A stretch of 64,000 nt of DNA from an uncultured delta proteobacterium (GCA_963787125.1 CAWBBV010000001.1:695763-759762); one strand, 5' to 3'; positions 10,698 through 22,041 are shown, numbered from the stretch's first letter. Translations and numbers: made by a program. The notes: a model not told the origin generated them from the letters alone.

Positions 10698-11523
10698 AAA
10701 AACCGGTCTCGGTAAAGGGATGGGGGCGCTTCTTCCGGTAATGGCGAAGGAGCATACCAGCTATTTTATCTGCCCAATTGAGGATATAAAGCCGAACAGG
10801 GCCCAGCCAAGAAAAACATTTACGTCAGAAAAACTCGAAGAGCTGGCCGCTTCCATAAGGGAACAAGGGGTGATTCAGCCTCTTGTTGTCATCAGGAAAG
10901 CCAACCATTATGAGATCATTGCCGGAGAGCGGCGCTGGCGTGCGGCCCAGAAAGCGGGTCTCCATGAAGTCCCAGTCGTAATTCAGGATGTTTCAGAGAA
11001 CACTGCTCTTGAGATGGCGCTGATTGAGAATATCCAGCGAGAAGATCTAAATGCAATAGAAGAGGCCAATGCATATCGCTCGCTAATGGAGAAGATTGAT
11101 CTGTCTCAGGAAGAGATGGCCAAAAGAGTCGGCAAGGATCGTTCAACGGTTGCTAACTCACTCAGGCTCCTCAAGCTACCAGAAGAGATTCAACGAGACC
11201 TTGTGGAAGAACGTCTTTCGATGGGGCACGCCAGAGCACTACTTGCACTTGAACACCCTGAAATGCTCCGCAAAGCTCGTGAAGAGATTCTTAAAAAGCA
11301 TCTGAGTGTCCGTGGCGCCGAAGCGTTAGTGAAGAGACTGAAAAATCCATTGCCGAAAAAATCCAAAGGACAGGACCTGGAATATGTCGAGGTGATCGAA
11401 TTGCTGAAAAAAAGATTTCGGACAAAAGTTGAAATTAAAACAGGTGGACGCTGTGGCAAGATAGAAATCAGCTACAGCGGCCGTGAAGAGCTTTCCAGGG
11501 TTATCGAACTGCTCGGAATCTGA
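10690..11523 (+). CDS. parB: Chromosome partitioning protein ParB/Spo0J
   Basis: GLGKG, QPRKTF, IIAGERRWRA, ENIQREDL, HTH region. Confidence 0.97.
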   Translation: MVKKTGLGKGMGALLPVMAKEHTSYFICPIEDIKPNRAQPRKTFTSEKLEELAASIREQGVIQPLVVIRKANHYEIIAGERRWRAAQKAGLHEVPVVIQDVSENTALEMALIENIQREDLNAIEEANAYRSLMEKIDLSQEEMAKRVGKDRSTVANSLRLLKLPEEIQRDLVEERLSMGHARALLALEHPEMLRKAREEILKKHLSVRGAEALVKRLKNPLPKKSKGQDLEYVEVIELLKKRFRTKVEIKTGGRCGKIEISYSGREELSRVIELLGI

Positions 11524-11622
11524 ATCACAGAAATAAATAATCAATCAAAAAACTTGACACGAAAATAGTGGTATGGTAGCTATTTCATGTTTTGCTTCTA
11601 GGGCGTTTGCCCATAAGCTTCG

Positions 11623-11637
11623 TGTATACAGTATACA
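11623..11637. promoter_or_regulatory. Palindromic operator TGTATAC-A-GTATACA upstream of the atp operon
   Basis: Perfect 7-1-7 palindrome downstream of TTGACA (11554) and ~25 bp before the start codon; near-identical copy upstream of sfrB. Confidence 0.7.
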
Positions 11638-11661
11638 ACTTGCCCGGCGAGAGGTGGAAGC

Positions 11662-12087
11662 GTGATTAATATAGATTTAGCGTTTGTAATTCAGTTGATC
11701 AATTTCTTGGTTCTGCTTGCAGTCCTGAATGTTCTTCTTTACAAGCCGATAAGAAAAGTTCTTGCGGAGCGACAAGGGAAGATAACTGCTGCACGGAACA
11801 AGGCTGAAAGCGTTGATCAGGATGTTCAGGCAAAAATGGCCGAGTACGAAGCCCGTCTCAAAGGAATGAAGAGTGGTGCTGCAGATGAGCGCGGCGCACT
11901 GGTGAAAGAAGCCCAGGTGGAAGAGGCTGCAATTCTAGAGTCTGCTCGCAAAGATGCTGCGACGACACTTGCTACTATCAAGGCAAGAGTGGCGAAAGAA
12001 GCTGCTGACGCAAGGGTTATTCTTCAGGAGCAGGCAAAAATGCTTTCGATTGATATTTGCGAAAAAGTTCTCGGGAGGAGCTTGTAA
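11662..12087 (+). CDS. atpX: ATP synthase F0 subunit b'
   Basis: N-terminal TM (IQLINFLVLL..LLYKPI) plus coiled coil; first gene of the atp operon. Confidence 0.9.
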   Translation: MINIDLAFVIQLINFLVLLAVLNVLLYKPIRKVLAERQGKITAARNKAESVDQDVQAKMAEYEARLKGMKSGAADERGALVKEAQVEEAAILESARKDAATTLATIKARVAKEAADARVILQEQAKMLSIDICEKVLGRSL

Positions 12088-12088
12088 T

Positions 12089-12709
12089 ATGAAGCGCTGT
12101 ATGGAGATTTTGCGCAAGCCGGCCGCTATTGCCGGGATTCAGTTGCTGCTGGTTATTGCTCTCGTGTCATTCGGTTTTGCGTCAGGAGGTGAAGGCGGCG
12201 CACATGGCGAAGGACACGGTGGAGCTGCACAGTGGAAAGACTTTATGTGGCGTTGCATCGATTTTGCAGCACTTGTCCTTATCATGGTCTGGGCAGTCAA
12301 GAAAGCTGATATGAAAAAGGCGCTCGCAGACCGTCAGGCAGGTATTGACAAGGCTCTTCGCGAAGCTGACGAAATGAAAGCTGCTGCAGAGAAGAAGTTT
12401 GCCGAGTACAGTGCACGGCTTGCCCAGGCAAACAAAGAAGCAGAAGAGCTACAGAAAGTTATCCGCGAAGACGGGCTTGCAGAGAAAGCCAGGATTGTTG
12501 CCGAGGCTAAAATTGCTGCCGTGAAGATAAAGGATCAGGCTACAACTATGGCTGATCTGGAGATCGTCAGAGCCAGGACGGAACTCCGTGAAGAGGCTTC
12601 ACGGCTTGCTGTTCAAATCGCTGAGCAGACCCTCAAGTCGGCTCTGCGTGCAGATGATCAGGATAGGCTGGTTGGAGAATATCTTACCAAGGTGGTGGAA
12701 TTACATTGA
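12089..12709 (+). CDS. atpF: ATP synthase F0 subunit b
   Basis: ATG 12089 after GGAGGAG; His/Gly-rich N-terminal extension, TM and coiled coil. Confidence 0.9.
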   Translation: MKRCMEILRKPAAIAGIQLLLVIALVSFGFASGGEGGAHGEGHGGAAQWKDFMWRCIDFAALVLIMVWAVKKADMKKALADRQAGIDKALREADEMKAAAEKKFAEYSARLAQANKEAEELQKVIREDGLAEKARIVAEAKIAAVKIKDQATTMADLEIVRARTELREEASRLAVQIAEQTLKSALRADDQDRLVGEYLTKVVELH

Positions 12710-13248
12710 GCGCGAACGCAATAGCACGACGTTACGCCAAGGCTCTTGTTCAGCTTGCGGCTGAAGAAGGGGCAGTGGAAAAATTTCATGGTGATCTTGC
12801 CGGAGTAGCAGACCTCTTTTCAGCACACGCTGAACTCGGTTCACTCCTTTCAAATCCGGCATACGGCATTGAAGCCAAGTTGGAGATCTTGCGGGATGTT
12901 GCCGATAAGCTTTCTCTGTCAGGGTCAGTCCGTAACTTTCTGCTTTTGCTTCAGGAGCGGAACCGGATGTCGTGCTTGCCGGCGATTTTCTCTAGTTACA
13001 GTGTTCTTGCTGATGAGCTCTCAGGAGTTGTCCGCCCGCTCATTACTTCGGCTCTGCCGCTGGATGACGCACGTATAACTGAGATCAAAGCTGCTCTGGA
13101 AAAGAGTACCGGCAAGAAGGTTATATTGACAGTAGAAATTGATCCTACGCTGATTGGTGGCCTGATTACCAAAATAGGCGATAAAGTTCTTGATGGAAGC
13201 GTTAAAACACAGTTGACCAGAATTGAAGCTATATTACAGAAGGGGTGA
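12706..13248 (+). CDS. atpH: ATP synthase F1 subunit delta
   Basis: [13 protein letters not shown]...[10 protein letters not shown]. Confidence 0.95.
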   Translation: MSANAIARRYAKALVQLAAEEGAVEKFHGDLAGVADLFSAHAELGSLLSNPAYGIEAKLEILRDVADKLSLSGSVRNFLLLLQERNRMSCLPAIFSSYSVLADELSGVVRPLITSALPLDDARITEIKAALEKSTGKKVILTVEIDPTLIGGLITKIGDKVLDGSVKTQLTRIEAILQKG

Positions 13249-13257
13249 GATGATCCT

Positions 13258-14769
13258 ATGGAAATCAGAGCCGAAGAAATCAGCGAAATAATTAAGAAGC
13301 AGATCAAGGGTTACGGCAAGGATGTTGAAGTTGCCGAAACAGGTACCATCATCTCTGTTGGTGACGGTATTGCCCGCATTCATGGACTTGACAAGGCAAT
13401 GCAAGGCGAACTGCTTGACTTCCCGGGCGGCCTTTCAGGAATGGTGCTGAACCTTGAAGAAGACAATGTCGGCGCCGCAATTTTTGGTGAAGACAACGAG
13501 AATATCAAGGAAGGCTCTACAGTCAAGCGCACCGGAAGAATCGTTGAGGTTCCCGTCGGTCGGGCACTTATTGGCCGGGTAGTTGACGCTATCGGCCAGC
13601 CGATTGATGGTAAAGGTCCGATCAATACCGACACCTTCAGCAAGGTCGAGATTAAGGCTCCTGGTATTGTTCAGCGTAAATCTGTTCATGAGCCGATGCA
13701 GACCGGTCTTAAAGCTATTGACTCTATGGTGCCAATCGGGCGGGGTCAGCGTGAGCTAATCATTGGTGACCGTCAGACAGGCAAGACTGCTGTCGCCATG
13801 GACACCATCATCAACCAGAAGGGTGGCGATGTTGTCTGTATTTACGTTGCTATCGGTCAGAAACGTTCCACTGTTGCCCAGGTTGTCTCCAAGCTGACAG
13901 AGCATGGCGCTATGGATTATACCATCGTTGTTGCTGCTACTGCTTCCGAGCCGGCACCGCTTCAGTTCATCGCCCCTTATACCGGTGTCACCATGGGCGA
14001 GTTCTTCCGCGACAGCGGCAAGCATGCTCTTATCGTCTATGACGATCTTTCCAAGCAGGCAGTTGCCTACCGTCAGCTTTCACTGCTTCTTCGCCGTCCG
14101 CCAGGACGTGAGGCGTATCCAGGAGACGTTTTCTATCTCCATAGCCGTCTTCTTGAGCGTGCCTGCAAAGTTTCCGACGAATTAGGCGCAGGCTCGCTGA
14201 CTGCATTACCGATCATTGAGACCCAGGCTGGCGACGTATCTGCTTACATTCCGACCAACGTAATCTCGATTACTGACGGGCAGATCTTCCTTGAATCCGA
14301 CCTCTTCTACTCAGGTGTTCGTCCGGCGATTAACGTCGGTATCTCCGTATCGCGAGTCGGTGGTTCCGCTCAAACTAAATCGATGAAGCAGGTTGCCGGT
14401 ACTCTCCGTCTTGACCTTGCCCAGTATCGTGAGATGGCAGCATTTGCCCAGTTCGGTTCAGATCTTGATAAGGCCACTCAGATGCAGCTTGCTCGTGGTG
14501 AGCGTCTTGTTGAGATTCTCAAGCAGGCTCAATACCAGCCGCTTTCCAATGAAAAGCAGATTCTGATTATCTTTGCTGCTAATCAGGGCTTCTTGGATGA
14601 GTATCCAGTGACTGTACTGAGACGTTATGAAACTGAGCTTATGTCATTCTTTGACAGCCGCAAAAGCGAGCTGGTTGGTGAGCTCAAAAACAAGAAAGCG
14701 ATGGATGATGAACTGAAAGCTAAATTCATTGCCGCTCTTAACGAGTTCAAGAAAGAGTTCACAGTCTAA
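13258..14769 (+). CDS. atpA: ATP synthase F1 subunit alpha
   Basis: GDRQTGKT Walker [13 protein letters not shown]. Confidence 0.99.
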   Translation: MEIRAEEISEIIKKQIKGYGKDVEVAETGTIISVGDGIARIHGLDKAMQGELLDFPGGLSGMVLNLEEDNVGAAIFGEDNENIKEGSTVKRTGRIVEVPVGRALIGRVVDAIGQPIDGKGPINTDTFSKVEIKAPGIVQRKSVHEPMQTGLKAIDSMVPIGRGQRELIIGDRQTGKTAVAMDTIINQKGGDVVCIYVAIGQKRSTVAQVVSKLTEHGAMDYTIVVAATASEPAPLQFIAPYTGVTMGEFFRDSGKHALIVYDDLSKQAVAYRQLSLLLRRPPGREAYPGDVFYLHSRLLERACKVSDELGAGSLTALPIIETQAGDVSAYIPTNVISITDGQIFLESDLFYSGVRPAINVGISVSRVGGSAQTKSMKQVAGTLRLDLAQYREMAAFAQFGSDLDKATQMQLARGERLVEILKQAQYQPLSNEKQILIIFAANQGFLDEYPVTVLRRYETELMSFFDSRKSELVGELKNKKAMDDELKAKFIAALNEFKKEFTV

Positions 14770-14789
14770 ACCAAGGACGGAATTCCGTT

Positions 14790-15660
14790 ATGCCAAGTTT
14801 AAAAAGCATCAAAAAGCGTATTGCTTCAGTAAAAAATACGGGTCAGATAACCAAAGCCATGAAAATGGTTTCGGCTGCCAAGTTGCGGCGAGCTCAGGAA
14901 AATGTTGTTGCGGCGCGTCCATACGCAAAAAAACTGTCAGAGGTTCTCGGGCGTCTGTCGGGCAATGTCCCGGCTGATTGCAGTCCGCTTATTCAGCGTC
15001 GTGAAGATTCAAACAAGGCTCTTCTGGTAGTAGTAACGTCTGATCGCGGTCTTTGTGGTGGTTTCAATGCCAACCTGTGCAAGGCGGCAGACCGTTTTGT
15101 CAAAGAGCGCAAAGCTGACTTTTCAGAGTTGAAAATCATGGCCCTCGGTAAGAAGGGCAATGACTTCATGAAGCGGCGCCACGGGGTTTGGAAAAGCCAT
15201 GTGGGTTTGCTGTCCGCGCTCAATTACCATACAGCTGCTCTGCTTGCCCAAGAGATCATCGAGGGATATATTGCTGGAGAGTATGATGAAGTCCATATCG
15301 TTTATAATGAGTTTCGTAGCGTTATGTCCCAGGAGATTACCTTCACCCAGCTTCTCCCGGTAACACCGCCTGCCTCCGATAATGAGGCAGTTAGAGCCGC
15401 GCGAATATATTTACGAGCCGAGTCAGGCTGAACTTCTTGCCGAACTTCTGCCTAAGCATATTGAAGTGCAGATATTCAAGACACTGCTTGAAACGGTTGC
15501 CGGTGATCATGGTGCCCGTATGACTGCCATGGATAGCGCATCCAAAAATGCGAAAGAGATGATCGGCAAGCTGACTCTTATCTACAACCGTGCCCGTCAG
15601 GCAGCAATCACCAAGGAACTGATGGAGATTATCTCCGGGGCTGAGTCGGTAAAAGGTTAA
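14790..15660 (+). CDS. atpG: ATP synthase F1 subunit gamma, split by a frameshift near 15391-15393
   Basis: ORF 14790-15431 carries the N-terminal part ([21 protein letters not shown]); ORF 15382-15660 carries the C-terminal part ([22 protein letters not shown]). Removing one base gives a 289-aa gamma. Confidence 0.9.
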
Positions 15661-15686
15661 TAAGGACATAGATCCATAATTAATAA

Positions 15687-17132
<1,446 letters not shown>

Positions 17133-17135
17133 TAA

Positions 17136-17202
17136 AGGCAGGCACCAGGCGCCAGACGCTAGGCTTTAACCCAGAGCCCAGAGTCAAATGTCCGGAGTCT
17201 TG
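17136..17202 (+). repeat. Degenerate heptamer tandem repeats forming an imperfect hairpin (atpD-atpC spacer)
   Basis: GGCACCA GGCGCCA GACGCTA GGCTTTA ... AGAGCCC AGAGTCA AATGTCC GGAGTCT. Confidence 0.6.
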
Positions 17203-17210
17203 AGGTAGAT

Positions 17211-17627
17211 ATGGCTGAAAAACTGAATCTTGAGCTTGTAACCCCATATAAAAAAGTTCTTTCTGAAGAAGTTGACGAGATTACCGCTACAGGAAAACTA
17301 GGTGAATTCGGTGTCCTTCCCGGTCATGCTCCGTTTCTGTCGTCACTTAACATTGGCGAGTTCTGTTATAAACAGGATGGCGTTATTCATGCCATGGCAG
17401 TTAGCTGGGGTTACTTCGAGGTTGAAGATGACAAGGCGACTGTTCTTGTGCAGACAGCAGAGCGTGCTGATGAGATCGACCTTGAAAGAGCTAAGGCAGC
17501 TTTGGGGCGCGCCGAGGATATGCTGAAAAAGCTTGCTCCCGAAGACAGGCAGTTTAAAATTTATGAAGCTGCTCTTGAGCGGGCTGTCATCAGAATGCAG
17601 GTCGCTGGTAAAGCAGTTCGCAAATAG
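17211..17627 (+). CDS. atpC: ATP synthase F1 subunit epsilon
   Basis: LVTP, GEFGVLPGHAP, AERADEID. Confidence 0.97.
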   Translation: MAEKLNLELVTPYKKVLSEEVDEITATGKLGEFGVLPGHAPFLSSLNIGEFCYKQDGVIHAMAVSWGYFEVEDDKATVLVQTAERADEIDLERAKAALGRAEDMLKKLAPEDRQFKIYEAALERAVIRMQVAGKAVRK

Positions 17628-17647
17628 CTTAAATGTTTTTATTGTTC

Positions 17648-17679
17648 AAAAAGAGCGTCCTACGGGGCGCTCTTTTTTT
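17648..17679 (+). terminator. Intrinsic terminator of the atp operon
   Basis: AAAAAGAGCGTCC-TACG-GGGCGCTCTTTTTTT. Confidence 0.9.
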
Positions 17680-17739
17680 GTTTACGTGGTATTTAATTTA
17701 TTGTTTTGATATAACCTCCAGAGTAATGGAGAAAATTAA

Positions 17740-18753
17740 ATGAGTAGAGATAAACCGCTTATAGCTATAACCATGGGCGATCCTTGTGGTATCGGCCCGG
17801 AAATCATTGTAAAGTCACTGCAAAGCGAAGAGGTCAGTGAGAGTTGCAGTCCGATAGTTGTTGGAGATCTGACTTCGATCGAACGGGCTGTTCAACTTGT
17901 TGGTGCAACCCAAAGACTGATATCTCTTCCTGGAGACGATTTCCCGGAGGTTGTGCTTCCGGGAGCTATTTATCTAAAGGAGATTTCAAATCTTAAGACT
18001 GCTGATATGGAATACGGAGCGCCAACCTGTGCATCCGGTGATGCAGTTTATAGATACATTAAGGCGGCGTCAGCACTCTGTCAGAAAGGAACGGTTGCTG
18101 GTATGGCAACAGCACCCATTAATAAGGCTGCCATGAATCTGGCAGGGCACAATTACCCTGGCCATACTGAGCTGCTTGCCGAGTTGACCGACTCCAAAGA
18201 GTTCGTCATGATGCTAGCCGGCAAACGTCTCAGGGTAACTTTGGTGACTATCCACGAAGCTTTTATCGATGTTCCGCGATTAATAACCTACGATAAAGTC
18301 CTGGCAACAATTATTGCTACTCACCAGGGCGTGCACCGGTTTTTCTGTCCAACTCCCCGGATTGCGGTGCTTTCGCTGAATCCCCATGCCGGCGAAGGCG
18401 GAATGTTTGGCGATCACGAAGGGCGAATCATAACTCCGGCGATAAATGCTGCGCGAAAAAATGGTATAGATGTAAGCGGTCCCCATTCTGCAGACACACT
18501 TTTTCACTTCGCGGCAATGGGCGATTATGATGTGGTTGTCTGTATGTACCATGATCAGGGACTAATTCCTTTGAAACTGCTACACTTTGATGATGGTGTC
18601 AATATAACGCTTGGACTGCCGATTATCAGGACATCTGTTGATCATGGCACAGCATATAATCTCGCTGGTAAAGGTATTGCATCTGCTGAAAGTATGAAAG
18701 CAGCTATTCTTACTGCTGCTAATATGGCGGGTTTCGCCAAAGGGTTATTATGA
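17740..18753 (+). CDS. pdxA: 4-hydroxythreonine-4-phosphate dehydrogenase
   Basis: TMGDPCGIGPE, GHTE, NPHAGEGG, MYHDQG, RTSVDHGTA. Confidence 0.97.
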   Translation: MSRDKPLIAITMGDPCGIGPEIIVKSLQSEEVSESCSPIVVGDLTSIERAVQLVGATQRLISLPGDDFPEVVLPGAIYLKEISNLKTADMEYGAPTCASGDAVYRYIKAASALCQKGTVAGMATAPINKAAMNLAGHNYPGHTELLAELTDSKEFVMMLAGKRLRVTLVTIHEAFIDVPRLITYDKVLATIIATHQGVHRFFCPTPRIAVLSLNPHAGEGGMFGDHEGRIITPAINAARKNGIDVSGPHSADTLFHFAAMGDYDVVVCMYHDQGLIPLKLLHFDDGVNITLGLPIIRTSVDHGTAYNLAGKGIASAESMKAAILTAANMAGFAKGLL

Positions 18754-19844
18754 AGGATCAAATCCCTGCAATGTGCAACATTGGCAACAGTAGCGACAAA
18801 TGTAGCAGGCATGCTGCAGCAATTGATACTCTCATGGAGATTGCCAGGGCGCTTGCCTCACCCAACGAGATCCAGGATATTCTTGAGCAGATAATGTGCC
18901 AGGTAAGCCGGCTTCTCAATCCTAAAGCATGGTCACTTCTCTTGAAGGACGAAGTAACTGGAGAGCTGGAGTTTACTGTTGTTGTTTCCGATGTTGCTGA
19001 TAATTTGAAGGGTGCAAGAATTCCTGCAGGTCACGGTGTTGCCGGCTGGGTCGCTGAAAACGGCGAATCACTCATAATTCCAGATGTGCGCTCAGATACA
19101 AGGTTTGCAGCAGAGTTTGACAAGAAACTTTCGTTCACGACAAAATCTATCGCCTGTGTCCCGGTAAAGAGCCAAAACAAGGTCTATGGCGTTATCGAGC
19201 TGATCAACAGTATTGAGTGTGGTGTCTTTGACGAAGCGGACGATCAGATACTGACGGCAATTGCCGACTTTGCCGGCATCGCAATTTCAAATGCCAAAGC
19301 TCTTGAACAGATCAAGCAGCTTGTCATAACTGATGATCTTACAGGGCTTTATAACTCGCGATACTTCTTTGAACAGATAGAGTACGAGGTTGAGCGGGCA
19401 AAAAGATACCTGTCTCCGTTGTCGCTGGTTTTTTTCGACCTTGATCACTTTAAAGATGTTAATGATACCTACGGTCACCTGACAGGTAGTCGACTCCTTG
19501 CCGAAGTGGGTGCCGTGGTTTCTCGAAATATTCGTATCACTGACAAGGGGGCACGCTACGGTGGTGATGAATATGTTATTATTTTGCCGCACACTGAGAA
19601 GAAAGGCGCCATATCCCTTGCGCAAAAACTTCATCATGAGCTTTACGCCCAGGAATTTTCCAGTAATAGCGGCAAGCTTTTGAACGTTTCAGGAAGTTTC
19701 GGCGTAGCTTCATTCCCGGACGATGCCATAACATCAAGTGAACTGATATCTGCTGCTGATGAGGCTATGTATCAGGCTAAAGAGGCAGGACGCAACTGCG
19801 TCTGTGTAGCTGGACGCGCCGGTGTTTTGCGCGGTAAGAGTTGA
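18750..19844 (+). CDS. GAF-GGDEF dinucleotide cyclase with Hypr-type signature (candidate 3',3'-cGAMP synthase)
   Basis: GAF (GVAGWVA...DTRF...ELIN); DLDHFKDVNDTYGHLTGS with Ser at the usual Asp; RYGGDEY; RxxD I-site (RITD). Confidence 0.85.
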   Translation: MKDQIPAMCNIGNSSDKCSRHAAAIDTLMEIARALASPNEIQDILEQIMCQVSRLLNPKAWSLLLKDEVTGELEFTVVVSDVADNLKGARIPAGHGVAGWVAENGESLIIPDVRSDTRFAAEFDKKLSFTTKSIACVPVKSQNKVYGVIELINSIECGVFDEADDQILTAIADFAGIAISNAKALEQIKQLVITDDLTGLYNSRYFFEQIEYEVERAKRYLSPLSLVFFDLDHFKDVNDTYGHLTGSRLLAEVGAVVSRNIRITDKGARYGGDEYVIILPHTEKKGAISLAQKLHHELYAQEFSSNSGKLLNVSGSFGVASFPDDAITSSELISAADEAMYQAKEAGRNCVCVAGRAGVLRGKS

Positions 19845-20755
19845 TGAAAAAAACCTTGTTGGGTTTTATATTTCTTCTGTTTGCTTATGCGCTCTATATT
19901 GCTATTTCACTTTCACTGCTACCTCCGGTGGCAGCCTTGCAAGACCGAAAGGCGAGTTTGACCCTTCAGGTCAGGGACTGGCATGGAAAGTACCATCCGT
20001 TCGTTCTTGGCGCAAAGAATAGAGACTGGACACCGTCTGCCAGCATTCCTGCTGAAATGAAGTGGGCGGTTATCCTTGCTGAGGATGCCAATTTCTACAA
20101 GCATGAAGGGGTGGATGTCACTGCTATCAAAAAAGCAATCAAGCATGATCTGGAAAAGAAGAGTCTTGCCCGGGGAGCGTCAACCATCACCCAGCAGACA
20201 GCCAAAAATATCTACCTGTCGAGAGAAAAGACAATTACCCGCAAGTTCAAGGAACTTTATCTGGCACTGAGGATGGAGCAGGAGCTGACCAAGGGGCGGA
20301 TCATCGAACTATACCTGAATGTGGTTGAGCTCGGGCCTATGGTCTACGGTGTCGGCCACGCTTCGAGGTACTATTTCGGCAAACCGGCGTCAGAGATGAC
20401 ATCACGGGAGTGCGCCTTCCTTGCAGCTATGCTCCCCGGGCCAAGAGTTGCGTATAATCCTTACCGCAATATGTCCAAGGTGTTACGGCGGTCAGACATG
20501 ATCCTGAAGTTGCTGAAGTCAAATAAGGTTCTCAGCGAAGAGGAGTATAAAAATGCGCTGGCGACTGCTCCGAACATCAACGGCCTGCAGCGGAAAGTTG
20601 AGGCGAGTATCGTCAGAGAGGAGCTGTTTACTAACCGCAGTAGCGCGTTAACTCTGCCAATACTGCCAGAAAAAACGGAGATCAGTAAGCCGGTGCCAGC
20701 TGAAACTGATCTGCTGCCGGAAAAGAGTGGTTCCCAGGGGCCTGTACAGCAATAG
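19844..20755 (+). CDS. mtgA: Monofunctional peptidoglycan transglycosylase (GT51)
   Basis: EDANFYKHEG, RGASTITQQTAKN, RKFKE, YLNVVE. Confidence 0.88.
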   Translation: MKKTLLGFIFLLFAYALYIAISLSLLPPVAALQDRKASLTLQVRDWHGKYHPFVLGAKNRDWTPSASIPAEMKWAVILAEDANFYKHEGVDVTAIKKAIKHDLEKKSLARGASTITQQTAKNIYLSREKTITRKFKELYLALRMEQELTKGRIIELYLNVVELGPMVYGVGHASRYYFGKPASEMTSRECAFLAAMLPGPRVAYNPYRNMSKVLRRSDMILKLLKSNKVLSEEEYKNALATAPNINGLQRKVEASIVREELFTNRSSALTLPILPEKTEISKPVPAETDLLPEKSGSQGPVQQ

Positions 20756-20758
20756 CTT

Positions 20759-21763
20759 TTATATTCTGAATCGTTCAAGATCTTCCGCAGAAAAATCATT
20801 ACCGCAGTAAAAGATAGGCGCATCTTTGTCACTGACTATTAACATCCTGGCGGCATTGTTTTTCTCACTCTTGGTATAGCGCAGCAGAATTTTTGCCGCT
20901 GTCTGAAGTTTGTCACCTCCAGCCTCACCGATAATGAGTCCGAGCGGCCCGTTGCCATCTTCCCATCTGAAAGCTGTTTCACCCGCTTTGACATGATTTT
21001 CCAGCAGGGAATTCTCTTTGTCGTCACGACCGATTACCAGTCTTGTCGCGGCATCAAGGCGAAAATGCCTGCCGACCCGCAGCAACCTGAAATCACGGGC
21101 TTTCAGCTTTTCAGAATGCTCGAAAATATCCCGCACCTTTGAGGTGTAGGAAAGTTCAGTTAAAAGGCACCCTCCGGCCGGGTTTGGGTACTCTTTAACC
21201 CCGAGTTCAGCGGCAAGCTTAAACTGTGTTTTTCTGGTGCGGCCCTTGATACCTTGGAGTTTGGCCCTGTCTACCCAGCCTTCTGTTTCAGGGGTAGTCG
21301 GCGTAAGAAGTTGGGCGGAGAGTGGACGGAGCAGCAGTCCGTCAAGTTCTCCGTCACGCGCCACAATAGCAAGTGCGTCGCGACGCTGACTCATAGGCCG
21401 CTGTCCAAGAACCTCTCCGGTTATTACAAAATCTGCACCTGTTGAGAGCATGAAATCCTTTGCTTTCCTCAAAAAATAGGCATGGCAGTCAATACAGGGA
21501 TTTATCGCCTTTCCGTAACCATGGCGCGGCATACGCAGCATTTCAAGATACTCTTCGTCTAGGTTTATAATGGTCAGAGGGACATTAATCGTTTCTGCGG
21601 CTCGTCGTGCATCGTACTTACCGCAGTCAGCATCAGGCGAGACGCCGAAAAAAGGTGAGGTGAAATGTACGGCATGGACATTAATCCCCTGAATCTGCAT
21701 CAGACGGATCGCCAGGGTAGAGTCAAGCCCTCCGGAAAAAAGAGCTATTGCTGTTCGTGTCAT
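20759..21763 (-). CDS. ThiI/MnmA-like PP-loop tRNA thiolation family protein
   Basis: SGGLDS PP-loop, NPCIDCH, TGEVLGQRPMSQ, PAGGCLLT, GRHFR. Confidence 0.85.
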   Translation of the reverse strand: MTRTAIALFSGGLDSTLAIRLMQIQGINVHAVHFTSPFFGVSPDADCGKYDARRAAETINVPLTIINLDEEYLEMLRMPRHGYGKAINPCIDCHAYFLRKAKDFMLSTGADFVITGEVLGQRPMSQRRDALAIVARDGELDGLLLRPLSAQLLTPTTPETEGWVDRAKLQGIKGRTRKTQFKLAAELGVKEYPNPAGGCLLTELSYTSKVRDIFEHSEKLKARDFRLLRVGRHFRLDAATRLVIGRDDKENSLLENHVKAGETAFRWEDGNGPLGLIIGEAGGDKLQTAAKILLRYTKSEKNNAARMLIVSDKDAPIFYCGNDFSAEDLERFRI

Positions 21764-21936
21764 GCTTCTCCTTTAAGTATAAAACGGAATAGTACCAAAA
21801 TAGCACATGGTTGACTGAAAACGACAGCTTTGAAAAATGATATAATGTATAGAAAAGATTATAAAACGTTAGTATATAAAAAATTGACAAATTAATGAGA
21901 ACTATGGTACCAGTATGTTACTGACATTTGAATAAT

Positions 21937-22014
21937 AACGATAATACTAAACCACTCGCGAGGGTGGGGCGGAAAGCTTATAGGGTCTCAAGTAGACAGC
22001 CGGGTTGCCGAAAT
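21937..22014 (+). ncRNA. GEMM-I (c-di-GMP-I family) riboswitch, cGAMP-selective (A20) variant
   Basis: GATAATACTAAACCACTCGCGAGGGTGGGGCGGAAAGC...GGTCTC...AGACAGCCGGGTTGCCGAAAT; GNRA loop GCGA; A at 21946, three nt before AAACC. Confidence 0.9.
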
Positions 22015-22041
22015 CATGATTTTCGGCAACCCGGTTTTTTT
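22000..22041 (+). terminator. Riboswitch expression-platform intrinsic terminator
   Basis: CCGGGTTGCCGAAA-TCATGAT-TTTCGGCAACCCGG-TTTTTTT; the 5' arm is the 3' strand of the aptamer. Confidence 0.9.
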
